Notes: generated from the sequence alone by a model not told the origin. 64,000 bases of DNA from an uncultured Gemmatimonadales bacterium (GCA_963701965.1 OY969695.1:64001-128000); one strand, 5' to 3'; counted from the stretch's first letter, positions 9,409 through 18,835 are shown. Made by a program: numbers and translations.

Positions 9409-9891
9409 ATGAAGTACTTGGTCAATTCCGTTTTCCTCTTCGGCTCGCTCGCCGTTTCGAGCGCGTTCGCCGCGGCCCCCGCCGACGCTCCGGCCGGAAG
9501 CATGGGGATGTGCAAGGACGGCACTTACTCGACGGCGACCGACAAGAAAGGCGCTTGTAGTGGGCACAAGGGGGTGAAGGAGTGGTACGCCGACGCCCCG
9601 CAAACGAAGGCTCCCGTCAGTGAAAGGGCTCCAACAGCGCAGCCTTCCACGACCTCGACGTCAGTGAGCGCCGCGCCCACAACGCCGGCAGTCACCAGTC
9701 ACACTTCCGGCTCACCCGCCGAGGTAGCTGCTGGTGGTGGGCCTGGCAAGGTCTGGGCAAACACGAGCACCAAGGTCTATCACTGCCAAGGTGCCAAGTA
9801 CTACGGCACGACCAAGCACGGTGAGTACATGTCCGAAGCTGACGCTAAGTCCAAGGGCTACCACGCTGACCACGGCAAGGCGTGCGCTTAG
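9409..9891 (+). CDS. Secreted DUF3761-domain protein
   Basis: Signal peptide; CKDGTYS...[10 protein letters not shown]-terminal [12 protein letters not shown]...[12 protein letters not shown]. Confidence 0.8.
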   Translation: MKYLVNSVFLFGSLAVSSAFAAAPADAPAGSMGMCKDGTYSTATDKKGACSGHKGVKEWYADAPQTKAPVSERAPTAQPSTTSTSVSAAPTTPAVTSHTSGSPAEVAAGGGPGKVWANTSTKVYHCQGAKYYGTTKHGEYMSEADAKSKGYHADHGKACA

Positions 9892-10842
9892 CCATGACTT
9901 CGTCCCGACGGATTCTTTGCTCATAGCGACACTGCCGTCTTCTCTGCCGCGCCAAGCGAACCGGAGCGCCGTTCGGCGCGACTCCGCCAGGAGCTAGCGG
10001 CCCGCGCTGAGGCGAGGGCGGCCGGTACCACGGTGTTGCGCGCACGCTGCAGGGGCTGAGCCAATGTCGCGAGTCCCGGTCGAATGCCCGCGTGGTCAGA
10101 GCCAGCCGGCGATTCCGACCAAGCCGAGCACGAAGTAGCCGGCGAGCGCGACGATCAAGGTTGCCTCGATGCGTCGCAGCCAGCGGCCTGTCGGCGGCAG
10201 CCAGGTCGGCGCCTCATGTCACCCGTTGGCTATCGACTGCCGGCTCGGCGGCGCGGAGCAGCTCCGGCTCGAGTTGCGGCGCGACGACGACAGCGGGAGC
10301 CTTTGCCGTCTTGCGCCGGACTTCAGCCTCGCAGGTGCCGCCGCTGTCGAATGCGACGAAGACGCTGGCTTGCGGAAGGGAGAGCGATGATTTGAGAAAC
10401 ATGAGCCTCTTTCATTGTCGTGACAGACGAATGGAAAGAGAAAGGTCGGCGTGTGATGCGTGAGCGATCGGCTCGGCGTGTCTCTAACACCATCCCTGGG
10501 CAGCGCCGATCGGTGCGGCCCGTCGATGTGCTTCCAGCTCGCGCCGGGTGCCCATCTCCTGGTGGTCGCCGCACCCTGCGAGTCGACCGTCGCGGCACAG
10601 TTGTGTCGCAACGAAGACGATTCTGGAGAGGCCGCGCCAATTGCGTCGGCAAACATTCGTGAGCGAAAGTACGCGCGGAACGCGAGCCATCGAGAGGCGC
10701 GCAATGCACCACGCGGCGCAATCAACAAGACCTCGCAGGTACACCAACGATGAGGCCAGCCCTTGGCCATCGCGTGCTACGCAGGCATGGGAGGGTGATC
10801 GGCGGCTTGCGCGGTTCTATGGTCCATGCCACGCGCCGGTGT

Positions 10843-11109
10843 TTAAGGTGTTCCTACCCCAGAGGCGGTGGCCGCCGCCGACGATGGCATCGGCATCCCC
10901 GCTGGAGCGGATGCCAGAGCCTCGGCCGGCGTGGGCGGCGCGCTCGCGACAACCGACGCGGAGGGCAGCGACGGATCTGAAGCCGGCGTCGCGAGGGCGC
11001 TGGCAGGCGCCGGAGTCGAGACGGAAGGTCCACCTTCCTGCGGCTGCTTGGAGCAGGCGGCCAGCGCCAACAACACAGCAAATGACAGAAGGAGCGGAGG
11101 GGACTTCAT
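10843..11109 (-). CDS. Small Pro/Ala/Ser-rich lipoprotein
   Basis: Signal peptide with lipobox LAAC. Confidence 0.6.
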   Translation of the reverse strand: MKSPPLLLSFAVLLALAACSKQPQEGGPSVSTPAPASALATPASDPSLPSASVVASAPPTPAEALASAPAGMPMPSSAAATASGVGTP

Positions 11110-11400
11110 GGTTCGGCTTTCTCGAAGTCCTCAACGTTACTCCATCGCCGTCTCGCATGCAGCATCCCGCTAGTCGTCGTGTGTCGGGCGCCGGTGCGGC
11201 CGCTCTAGGGTTTTCACAAGCCCGCGTCGAGGGCATTCAGGGAACGAACGAGCACGCCGATTGCCAAGACGATTTCGAGCGGCGGGCAACGCTTCTTGAC
11301 GATCCGGTTCTCGGCGATCGGTAGCACGCTCGACTCCGACGCCATGACGCCCAAACCCTCGTCGGTGACGATGTAGCGCGCCGGCCTGAGCCCTTGGAGC

Positions 11401-11637
11401 TCACTCGGCGTGCGGATGCGGATCGGAGACTAACTTTGAACCGTCTGCTGCTGTCGTGCACTCGTCGACCTGCTCGAAGGGGCCATCTTCCGTTTCACGC
11501 CACGACAGGGTGCCGGCGATGCGTTCGGCCTCCGCATAGGCAGCGGCTTCCTGCTCGGTCAATCCGACTGTCGTCCGACGGATGCAGCCGAGCTGGACGT
11601 CCCGGTAGCGCCAGCGCCAGCACTCAACTCTTTTCAT
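11401..11637 (-). CDS. Hypothetical protein
   Basis: MKRVECWRWRYRD...AEAERIAGT; sigma-54 motif upstream. Confidence 0.55.
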   Translation of the reverse strand: MKRVECWRWRYRDVQLGCIRRTTVGLTEQEAAAYAEAERIAGTLSWRETEDGPFEQVDECTTAADGSKLVSDPHPHAE

Positions 11638-11674
11638 TCGGTGCCTGCGGAAAATCGAAAGTCGACCGGCACCG

Positions 11675-11688
11675 GCAAGCGTTGTGCC
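11675..11688 (-). promoter_or_regulatory. Sigma-54 promoter motif
   Basis: Minus strand GGCACAACGCTTGC. Confidence 0.65.
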
Positions 11689-11883
11689 GAGATCCGTCGG
11701 CCGGTAGCCGAGCGGCGTGTAGGCGGTGATCCACAGCGATGTGCCGAACTGGACGCGCTGGTCGGCGATCGGCGTTCGCGATAAATCGACCGACCCTCCG
11801 TACCGTCAAAGCCCATCCCACATGACGATGGAACAAATGCAACGCGCTTGTCAAACGACAAGCGTCGAACTTATCGACCGCGG

Positions 11884-12408
11884 TTATTTGCGGACGGCGG
11901 CTTCTGCCGAGGTCGCCAGCCTCAGGTGCTCTCGCAGCGTCGGCAGAGTCTTCGCCGCGAATGCCTTGAGGTCGGCGTCCTGGCCCGACGAGGCTTCCCT
12001 TTCGAACTCGGCGATGTCCTTCTTGTGGCCAGTGACCATGTGCGTCATGTAGGCGCGGTCGAAGTCGGCGGCCGAGAGCTTGTCGAGCATGTCCATCTCG
12101 CGCTTGTCTTCGGCGCTCGGCGCCTGGGGCAGTGTCAGGCCTTTGCTGACAGCGATCTGCTTCAGCTCGTCACCGGCCTTCGCGTGATCCTGCGCCATGC
12201 GTGCACCGAACTGCTTCACTTGGCTGTTCATGCCTTTCTGTTCCGCCATGCGGCCCGACTGGACTTCTGCCACACCGCCCATCGCCGCCTTTTCCGCGAA
12301 TGCCCGATCGGTGGCCGGAACCGCGGTCTCGGCTCCGGCGAGGGCCGCAATTGCTAGCGCGGCCGCGGCCAAGGGGAAGCGAAGTCGTGCAATGCGGCGA
12401 GCTGACAT
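11884..12408 (-). CDS. Secreted DUF4142 (ferritin-like) protein
   Basis: DRAFAEKAAMGGVAEV...VKQFGARMAQDH...FDRAYMTHMVTGH...KTLPTLREHL. Confidence 0.92.
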   Translation of the reverse strand: MSARRIARLRFPLAAAALAIAALAGAETAVPATDRAFAEKAAMGGVAEVQSGRMAEQKGMNSQVKQFGARMAQDHAKAGDELKQIAVSKGLTLPQAPSAEDKREMDMLDKLSAADFDRAYMTHMVTGHKKDIAEFEREASSGQDADLKAFAAKTLPTLREHLRLATSAEAAVRK

Positions 12409-12442
12409 GTCGTTCTCCGGGTGATGGGATGTGCCCTGGTCG

Positions 12443-12456
12443 GCAACCGACGTGCC
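12443..12456 (-). promoter_or_regulatory. Sigma-54 promoter motif
   Basis: Minus strand (T)GGCACGTCGGTTGC, near-consensus. Confidence 0.7.
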
Positions 12457-12489
12457 ATCGGACCGTGACGTGGCGCTGTTTTCGCGGGC

Positions 12490-13629
12490 TCAGGTGCCCG
12501 GCTTCAGGACGACCTTGGTCCAGCCCTTCTTGCGCTGGTCGAAGTTCTCATAGGCGTCGGCCGCTTTCTCGAGCGGCAGTTCGTGCGAAACGATCCACGA
12601 CGGCTTGACCTTGTCCTTCTCGATCAGCCTGCTGAGAAGCCGGTTGTAGGCTTTGACGTTGGCCTGCCCGGTTCCCATGCTCTGGCCCTTGAACCAGAAA
12701 GCGCCGAAGTCGAACGCCAGCTGGCCGCGCTTCTCCAGCCTGTCCTTCGCGTTCGGGTCTTCGGGAACGAACACGCCGACAACGCCGATCCGGCCGGTGG
12801 CCTTCACGGTCGCGACCAGGTTGTTCATGGTCAGGTTGGGCACCTCTTCGCGATGCATGTTGCAGCACTGGTAGCCAACGCACTCGCAGCCGCGGTCGGC
12901 GCCTTTGCCGCCGGTCAGCTCCATGATCTTTTCGACCCCGTCGCCCTCGGTGTCGTCGATGGCGATCGCGCCGGCCTTTTCCGCCAGCGCCAGACGATCC
13001 TTGTGGGTGTCGACGACCATCACCTGGCTCGCTCCCTTGATAGCCGAAGACATCGCCGCCATCAGGCCGACCGGCCCGGCGCCGTAGATCACGACGCTTT
13101 CGCCGGGCTGCACCCCCGCAAGCTCGGTGGCGTGGTAGCCGGTCGGAAAGATGTCGGCCAGCATGACGTAGTCGCTTTCTTTTTCCTCGGCGTCCCGTGG
13201 CAGGACCAGGCAATTGAAATCGCCGTAGGGCACGCGCAGGAACTCAGCCTGGCCGCCGCTGTACGGGCCCATGCCGGCGAAACCGTAGGCCGCGCCCGCC
13301 ATCCCCGGATTGCAGGTGAGACAGAAGCCGCTCAAGCCTTTCTCGCAGTTTTCGCAGAAGCCGCAGCCGACGTTGAACGGCAGGCAGACCCGGTCGCCGA
13401 CCTTGACACGATCGACGGCGGGGCCGACCTCGATGACGACGCCCAAGTTTTCGTGGCCGAGGATGCGGCCCGGCTCCATGTCGGTCCTTCCCTCGTACAT
13501 GTGCAGGTCCGAGCCGCAGATGTTGGTGCTGGTGATCTGCACCAGAACGTCGGTCGCGCGCTCGATCGCCGCGTCAGGCATGTTCTGGACCGCGACGTTG
13601 CGCGGTCCGTTGTAGACGAGCGCTCTCAT
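12490..13629 (-). CDS. Glutathione-independent formaldehyde dehydrogenase-like Zn-dependent dehydrogenase
   Basis: NICGSDLH, GHEN, CGFCENC...C, ADIFPTGYH, GAGPVG. Confidence 0.92.
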   Translation of the reverse strand: MRALVYNGPRNVAVQNMPDAAIERATDVLVQITSTNICGSDLHMYEGRTDMEPGRILGHENLGVVIEVGPAVDRVKVGDRVCLPFNVGCGFCENCEKGLSGFCLTCNPGMAGAAYGFAGMGPYSGGQAEFLRVPYGDFNCLVLPRDAEEKESDYVMLADIFPTGYHATELAGVQPGESVVIYGAGPVGLMAAMSSAIKGASQVMVVDTHKDRLALAEKAGAIAIDDTEGDGVEKIMELTGGKGADRGCECVGYQCCNMHREEVPNLTMNNLVATVKATGRIGVVGVFVPEDPNAKDRLEKRGQLAFDFGAFWFKGQSMGTGQANVKAYNRLLSRLIEKDKVKPSWIVSHELPLEKAADAYENFDQRKKGWTKVVLKPGT

Positions 13630-14117
13630 GCTTTCTCCTTGGCCGGCTTAGGCGAAGCGGCCATCAGTTGCTTCTTGCGTTGGTAGAGCGGCGCGGCCAG
13701 CGCGCGCAGATCGAGCGGCGCCTGCATCGCCTGGAGAAACATCTGCTCCCGCTCTTCGAGCACGTGCGTGTCGATGAGCTTGGCAAGCCGCTTCACGGCG
13801 ACGTCGAAGTTGTCGGACGTCGCCTTCATGCCCCGTATTTGGGCGATGACTTCCTTCGCTTCGGAGTGCTCGTGGAGGGAGTCATCCATGAGCGCGTCGT
13901 CGCCGATGGCCTTGCGCACCGCCGGATAAAAGATTTCTTCCTCGATCTGGGTGTGGACGGTCAGCGCCTGGCAGATGCGCTCGGCGAGGAGGCGTCTGGC
14001 CGCGGCCGGCGCGTCTTCTTCGGCAAGCGCGCCGTAGTCGATGAACATCTTCTTGACGGCCTTGTGGTCGGCGTCGAGAAGGTCGACTGCGTTTTCGAAC
14101 GGTGTGTTGTCTTTCAT
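13626..14117 (-). CDS. Hemerythrin (HHE) domain protein
   Basis: LLDADHKAV, HTQIEEEIFYP, EHSEAK, HVLEERE; 4-nt overlap with the dehydrogenase. Confidence 0.9.
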   Translation of the reverse strand: MKDNTPFENAVDLLDADHKAVKKMFIDYGALAEEDAPAAARRLLAERICQALTVHTQIEEEIFYPAVRKAIGDDALMDDSLHEHSEAKEVIAQIRGMKATSDNFDVAVKRLAKLIDTHVLEEREQMFLQAMQAPLDLRALAAPLYQRKKQLMAASPKPAKEKA

Positions 14118-14159
14118 GGGGTCCTTGGGTCGCGTCTGGCTGACGCACTCGCTTGGTCG

Positions 14160-14173
14160 GCAAGCGGTGTGCC
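14160..14173 (-). promoter_or_regulatory. Sigma-54 promoter motif
   Basis: Minus strand GGCACACCGCTTGC upstream of the hemerythrin-dehydrogenase operon. Confidence 0.7.
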
Positions 14174-14347
14174 GATGGAACCGCGCCGCGGATCCGAACC
14201 GTTGGACGACGACTGCGCTGTTGCTCGGGCTCGACCCGTCAGGCCCGAGCTACGTTACGCCGGTAGCGGCGGCAGGCGATCGAGCAGCTTGTCGAGGGTG
14301 ATCGGGTAGTCGCGCACCCGCACACCGGTGGCGTTGCCGGCAAGGTC

Positions 14348-14734
14348 ATGGTTGACGAAGAAGCCGCGGCGCTTGTCGATCGCCAAAGTGATCGCAAATC
14401 CATGGCTGACCTGCTCGACGAGATGCGTCAATGCCGATCGGTACGGGCGTGCATCGAGCTTGCCCTTACTGATGCCTACGGCGAAGAGGAACAGGCCACG
14501 GCCTGGCTGACCTGCATCGAAACGATGTTCGGCCAGTGCAAGCAAGTCCGGCTGATGGGCAACGACGTGGCGCTCGTCGGCTTCGACCTGCGCCATCATG
14601 ACGTCGTTGCCGTGTGTCAGCAGGGCAAGCGCAGAGCGCGCGTGACCCTGCACTCCATCGAGTTCCCTGAACTCACCCCGAGCGAGCAGCTTTGGATGAA
14701 GGCTTGGCAACGGTTCTCGGCAAGGAACGCCTGA
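14348..14734 (+). CDS. CcbP-like calcium-binding family protein (start may be 14402)
   Basis: IELALTDAYGEEEQATAWLTCIE...VVAVCQQGKRRARV...WMKAW. Confidence 0.5.
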   Translation: MVDEEAAALVDRQSDRKSMADLLDEMRQCRSVRACIELALTDAYGEEEQATAWLTCIETMFGQCKQVRLMGNDVALVGFDLRHHDVVAVCQQGKRRARVTLHSIEFPELTPSEQLWMKAWQRFSARNA

Positions 14735-14993
14735 TCAGTTGCTCAGCTTCGGCTCCGTCCGGCAAGATGGCGCCGCCAGACGCTTACCTCGCTACTACCG
14801 AGGACCTCAATGTTAGCGGTGAGGCCGCTTGTTCGGTCGGACAGCAACAGTGGGTGGGTATGCCCGCGTCGGGCCGCTGTCGGCCCACAGGCTGTCATTC
14901 GCACTTGAGCAGGATTCGGCTCGACGATCCCTTGTGACGCAGGGCGAACCGCGACCGCACGTAACGCTTGGTCAAAACAGGCGGTGCTTGGGC

Positions 14994-15290
14994 TCAGGAT
15001 CGCTTGGGGCGCCGCACGACGGAGCCGAGCACGCCCAGACCCGCCAGAATCAGTGCATAGCTCGACGGCTCGGGAATCGCCGCGACGCCACCGTCGACGA
15101 AGTCAAGAGCCGCATCGGCGGTCGCCACCGCGACGCCATAGTTGACGGGGCCTGGTGCGCCCCCGCTGAAATTGCCGTTGCTCCAGAAATCGACCACCTT
15201 GCCGCCGCCGATGTTGAACATCAGACCGTGGATGTCCAGAAATCCGCCGTGGAAGGGATAGTCCGAAGCGGTTTTTCGCCAGGATATTGC
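14994..15290 (-). pseudogene. 5'-truncated PEP-CTERM protein
   Basis: IPEPSSYALILAGLGVLGSVVRRPKRS tail; upstream part replaced by IS110 sequence. Confidence 0.85.
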
Positions 15291-15291
15291 T

Positions 15292-15890
15292 GAACCTCGC
15301 GCTGGCGCGCCACGGCGCGAACCACGCAGACTTCGCCGTCGGGGCGCCAAGCCGCGCGCAGCAGCCCCAGGCTCATGAGCTTCTGCAGCCACTGGCAGTC
15401 CTGCACGTCGCTCTTGCGACCGGGCACGTACTTCATCTGCCGCGCGTCCACCAAGCCAGACCTTCAGCCCGCGTTGCTCCAGCACCTCGTACACCGGGAT
15501 CCAGTACACCCCCGCGGACTCCAGCGCCACCGTGTCCACGCCGCACGCCAGCAGCCAGTCGGCCAGGGCGTTCAGGTCGTCGGTCATTGCACCGACCTCG
15601 CGCACCGGCTCGCAGCCAGCCTGCTCGGCCAGATACCGCGGCACCGCCACCCGGTGGCTGGATGCACCGATATCGATCCCCGCCGCGTTCGGGAATACCT
15701 CGTCGTCTCGCTTGCGCATTGCCATGGCTTGCTCCACCATCGTTGATGAACGGCAGCGCCATGGGAAGCGTCGAATTCGACTCGATCTCTCAAACGGGAT
15801 GCGGCTCGCGCCGCTCTGATCACGGACCAGGCGACCTGGGTGCAGCGCATGCAGAAAGCGCTGGTGCAGATGAACATCCAGCTCTCCTGA
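15292..15890. mobile_element. IS110 family transposase remnant, internally inverted and truncated
   Basis: Minus strand 15725 to 15293: GIDIG, ALESAGVYW, GRKSDVQD (DEDD domain, one frameshift near 15454), ending RQREV; plus strand 15816-15890 continues LITDQATWVQRMQKALVQMNIQLS. Confidence 0.9.
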
Positions 15891-16157
15891 CCGGGAATGT
15901 CCTGTGGTGAGCTTCGGACGCGAGACCCGGGACCGTTTGTTCGCGCGACGCCGATAGCAAGCTCGTCCCGAGGTATGTTGTTTTGCCGGACCGCTCTGAC
16001 GGCGGCTCCTTAGACACCCGGCGTTGTAAACGTCGGGTCGCCTGGCCGAGCGCCCGACTGGCAAGGCCCGGAATGCGCGGTTTCCCGGCGCAAAATCAGG
16101 TGACGCGTCAGGAAGTTCTTGCCCTATCGCAGCGACTCAGGACGCTCCCCACGCGTC

Positions 16158-16171
16158 GGCATGTCGCTTGC
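16158..16171 (+). promoter_or_regulatory. Sigma-54 promoter motif
   Basis: GGCATGTCGCTTGC ending 13 nt before ATG 16184. Confidence 0.55.
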
Positions 16172-16183
16172 CTCGCCGATGGC

Positions 16184-16621
16184 ATGAGACAAGAATTTGA
16201 AAAGCCAAGGTCCAAAGCTGCTGCGATCGCCTTCGACCTGCTCGATCCGATTCCGTACGGATTCTTCGTCGGCGCGCTCGTCTTTGACGCGATCTATGAG
16301 AGGAGCGCCGAGGTTCTGTGGTTCAAGGCCGCGGCATGGCTGATCGCATTCGGCCTGCTCTTTGCGATTCTGCCGCGCCTGATCAACCTGGTGCGAGTCT
16401 GGCTTCCCGGTGATAGGCGGCGAGCGTCCGCCGATATGGCCCCCTTTTGGCTGAATCTCTCGGCAATCGTGGCTGCGATCCTGAATGCGTTCGTTCACAG
16501 CCGCGACGCTTACGGTGTGATGCCCGAAGGCCTGTGGCTCTCGTGCCTGACCGTCGTCCTGCTCGTGCTTGCGAAAGTCGCTCCAACTCTGCAGCAGACC
16601 ACTGCGAGGCCCCGATCATGA
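16184..16621 (+). CDS. DUF2231-like membrane protein
   Basis: PIPYGFFVGALVFD...NAFVHSRDAY; four hydrophobic segments; coupled to the downstream dehydrogenase. Confidence 0.75.
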   Translation: MRQEFEKPRSKAAAIAFDLLDPIPYGFFVGALVFDAIYERSAEVLWFKAAAWLIAFGLLFAILPRLINLVRVWLPGDRRRASADMAPFWLNLSAIVAAILNAFVHSRDAYGVMPEGLWLSCLTVVLLVLAKVAPTLQQTTARPRS

Positions 16622-17931
16622 ACAAGAAGACATGGACGACGGGGGCCGCGGTGGCGTGCATGGTCGCCCTGACCGCCTGCGGCGACCGTGCCCAACTCGA
16701 TCCCAGATCGCAGATGGGCAACGAACCGCAGTTGCCGAACCCTCATAACTTCCTCGTGCCGCCGATGCAGGTGCCGAACGGAGTCGGATGGCAGGGCGAC
16801 GCGCATCCTGTTGTTGCCAGCGGCTTAAGCATCGAGAAGATCGCCAGCGGACTGATGCATCCGCGTCAATTGTTGGCGCTGCCTAACGGCGATGTGCTCG
16901 TTGTCGAGTCGAACGGACCAGGCACCGAAGCAGTCACGACACCCAAGCAACTCATCGCCGGATTTATCAAGAACCGTTCCGGCAAGGGCGAAAAGGGCGG
17001 CAACCGGATCACGCTGCTACGCAAGGAGGTCGGAACGGGGAAATGGGAGGCGCACGTCCTGCTCGAGCATCTGCACTCGCCGTTCGGTATCCAGCTGATC
17101 GGCCGTACGCTCTATGTGGCAGACACCGACAAGATCATGAAGTACAGCTACGAGCCGGGCCAGCTTCAGATCTCCGACCCGGGCTCCGAGCTGACGGACC
17201 TGCCGAGCACCGTGAATCACCATTGGACGAAATCCATGGTCGCGAGCGCCGACGGGAAAAAGCTCTACGTCGGCGTGGGATCGAACAGCAACATCACCGA
17301 GAACGGCTTGGAGGTCGAATACCGTCGCGCAGCGGTCCTGGAGGTCGACGTTGCGACTGGAGCCAGTCGGGTGTACGCATCCGGCCTTCGCAATCCGACC
17401 GGGCTTCAGTGGGAGCCACAGACGGGCAAGCTCTGGGCGATCGTCAATGAGCGCGATGAGATCGGAGCAGATTTGGTTCCTGATTACCTCACGTCCGTCA
17501 AGGAGGGAGGGTTCTACGGCTGGCCGTACAGCTACTACGGCCAGCATGTCGACGAGCGCGTCAAGCAGCAAAGGCCTGACCTGGTTGCGAAGGCCATCAA
17601 GCCCGACTACGCCATCGCTTCGCATGTCGCGCCACTCGGGCTGCTCTTCTACACGGGCAGCAACCTGCCCAGTTCCTACCGGGGCGGCGCCTTTATCGGC
17701 GAGCATGGCAGTTGGGACCGGTCTCCCCTGAGCGGCTACAAGGTGAGCTTTGTCCGATTCGTCGACGGTCGACCGACCGGTCCCGTTGAGTCGATCGTCA
17801 CTGGCTTCTATTCCAAGGATGAATCGTCCCTGTATGGCGCTCCGGTGGGGCTCGCGCAGAGTGCGGACGGAGCGCTTCTGATCGCTGACGATGTCGGCAA
17901 TACGGTTTGGTCTGTCACCGCGAGCAAATAA
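16618..17931 (+). CDS. Sorbosone dehydrogenase family (PQQ-dependent sugar dehydrogenase) lipoprotein
   Basis: Lipobox LTAC; LPNGDVLVVE, NHHWTK, GLRNPTGL, NERDEIG, GEHGSW. Confidence 0.92.
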   Translation: MNKKTWTTGAAVACMVALTACGDRAQLDPRSQMGNEPQLPNPHNFLVPPMQVPNGVGWQGDAHPVVASGLSIEKIASGLMHPRQLLALPNGDVLVVESNGPGTEAVTTPKQLIAGFIKNRSGKGEKGGNRITLLRKEVGTGKWEAHVLLEHLHSPFGIQLIGRTLYVADTDKIMKYSYEPGQLQISDPGSELTDLPSTVNHHWTKSMVASADGKKLYVGVGSNSNITENGLEVEYRRAAVLEVDVATGASRVYASGLRNPTGLQWEPQTGKLWAIVNERDEIGADLVPDYLTSVKEGGFYGWPYSYYGQHVDERVKQQRPDLVAKAIKPDYAIASHVAPLGLLFYTGSNLPSSYRGGAFIGEHGSWDRSPLSGYKVSFVRFVDGRPTGPVESIVTGFYSKDESSLYGAPVGLAQSADGALLIADDVGNTVWSVTASK

Positions 17932-18102
17932 CGGCGGTCGGTTTCCATGGGATCGAAGCCGCGGCTTCGGCATCACCAAGCAATGGAACATGCGGCTGAC
18001 GACCGAGCGAGACGCCCGGTTGGCGGCGATGAAAGGTTTCGGTGACAAAGTCGCGAACAGGCGATTCGGCAAGTAGAAGCGGCCCGGCGTCAACCCAGTG
18101 CT

Positions 18103-18151
18103 CGCATTCGTAATGCGTAGGTCGGGAGTGCGACTCTTCTCGCCGGCACCA
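18103..18151 (+). repeat. Copy of the tRNA-Thr(CGT) 3' half (att-like), inverted relative to the tRNA gene
   Basis: CGCATTCGTAATGCGTAGGTCGGGAGTGCGACTCTTCTCGCCGGCACCA, 47/49 identical to the tRNA 3' end. Confidence 0.92.
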
Positions 18152-18201
18152 TAGGTGAAACCAGGGCCGGCGCACCAACCGCTCGTCGAGCCGCCATGCC
18201 T

Positions 18202-18350
18202 CATGTAGCCACCATGTAGCCACCGGTACACAAATCGCAGCCCTTTTGCCGCCCCTAAGGCCGGAACCTTTGCGATTCCTGCGAAAACCCGCGCCAGGCC
18301 TCGTTCTTCGGGCCGCGCAAGGCTTTGCAAATGCTGCGAATTTCTGCGAA
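18202..18350. repeat. Short tandem repeats resembling integrase arm-type sites
   Basis: CATGTAGCCAC x2 at 18202-18223; TGCGATTCCTGCGAA at 18271-18285 and CTGCGAATTTCTGCGAA at 18334-18350. Confidence 0.5.
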
Positions 18351-18567
18351 CGGATCTGAATAGCGTTGCTGGCCCTAGTGACGCAGGCCTCGGCATACCC
18401 GCGTTACGTCACCGACCGACGGCTGTACGCGCTCCAGGACGAAGCGCAATCCACGCATAAGGGTGGAAGCCGAGTAAGCCCGCGCCGGGTTGGCACGGGG
18501 CTTGTGGGACAAGTTGATCCGGTAGCTTGCTCGCGCGGCGATCTCTGGCCGCGCGAGCAGCATCGAT

Positions 18568-18835
18568 TCAACGATTGCCGGCGACGAGCAACAAATCCGA
18601 TCGCGCCGAGTCCGGCGAGGAGGAGTGCGTAGGACTCAGGCTCTGGCACCGGCGAGGTGAAATTCACCGAGCCGCCGCCCTGCGTGATCTTGAAGCCGCT
18701 CGCAAAGCCACCGGTCACGGGCGAGATCTCCGACGGGCCGTTGATGAAGGACGACATCGCGACGTTGTAAAACGGCGTCGGGTCGAGGAAGAAGGCCCCC
18801 GCCGCCGCGGTCGGAACGAACGAGAGATTCCCGCT
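18568..18835 (-). pseudogene. 5'-truncated PEP-CTERM protein (possibly PepA flocculation-associated type)
   Basis: [10 protein letters not shown]...ITQGGGSVNFTSPVPEPESYALLLAGLGAIGFVARRR. Confidence 0.8.

Noticed and set aside
14994..16064. 356-aa transposase and PEP-CTERM fusion ORF
   Set aside because: Chance read-through across the rearrangement junction with out-of-frame sequence in between
17975..18077. Possible integrase C-terminal remnant (TTERDARLA versus TTERYAHLA) before the att copy
   Set aside because: Too short, lacks the catalytic Tyr and needs indels; unsupported without a profile search
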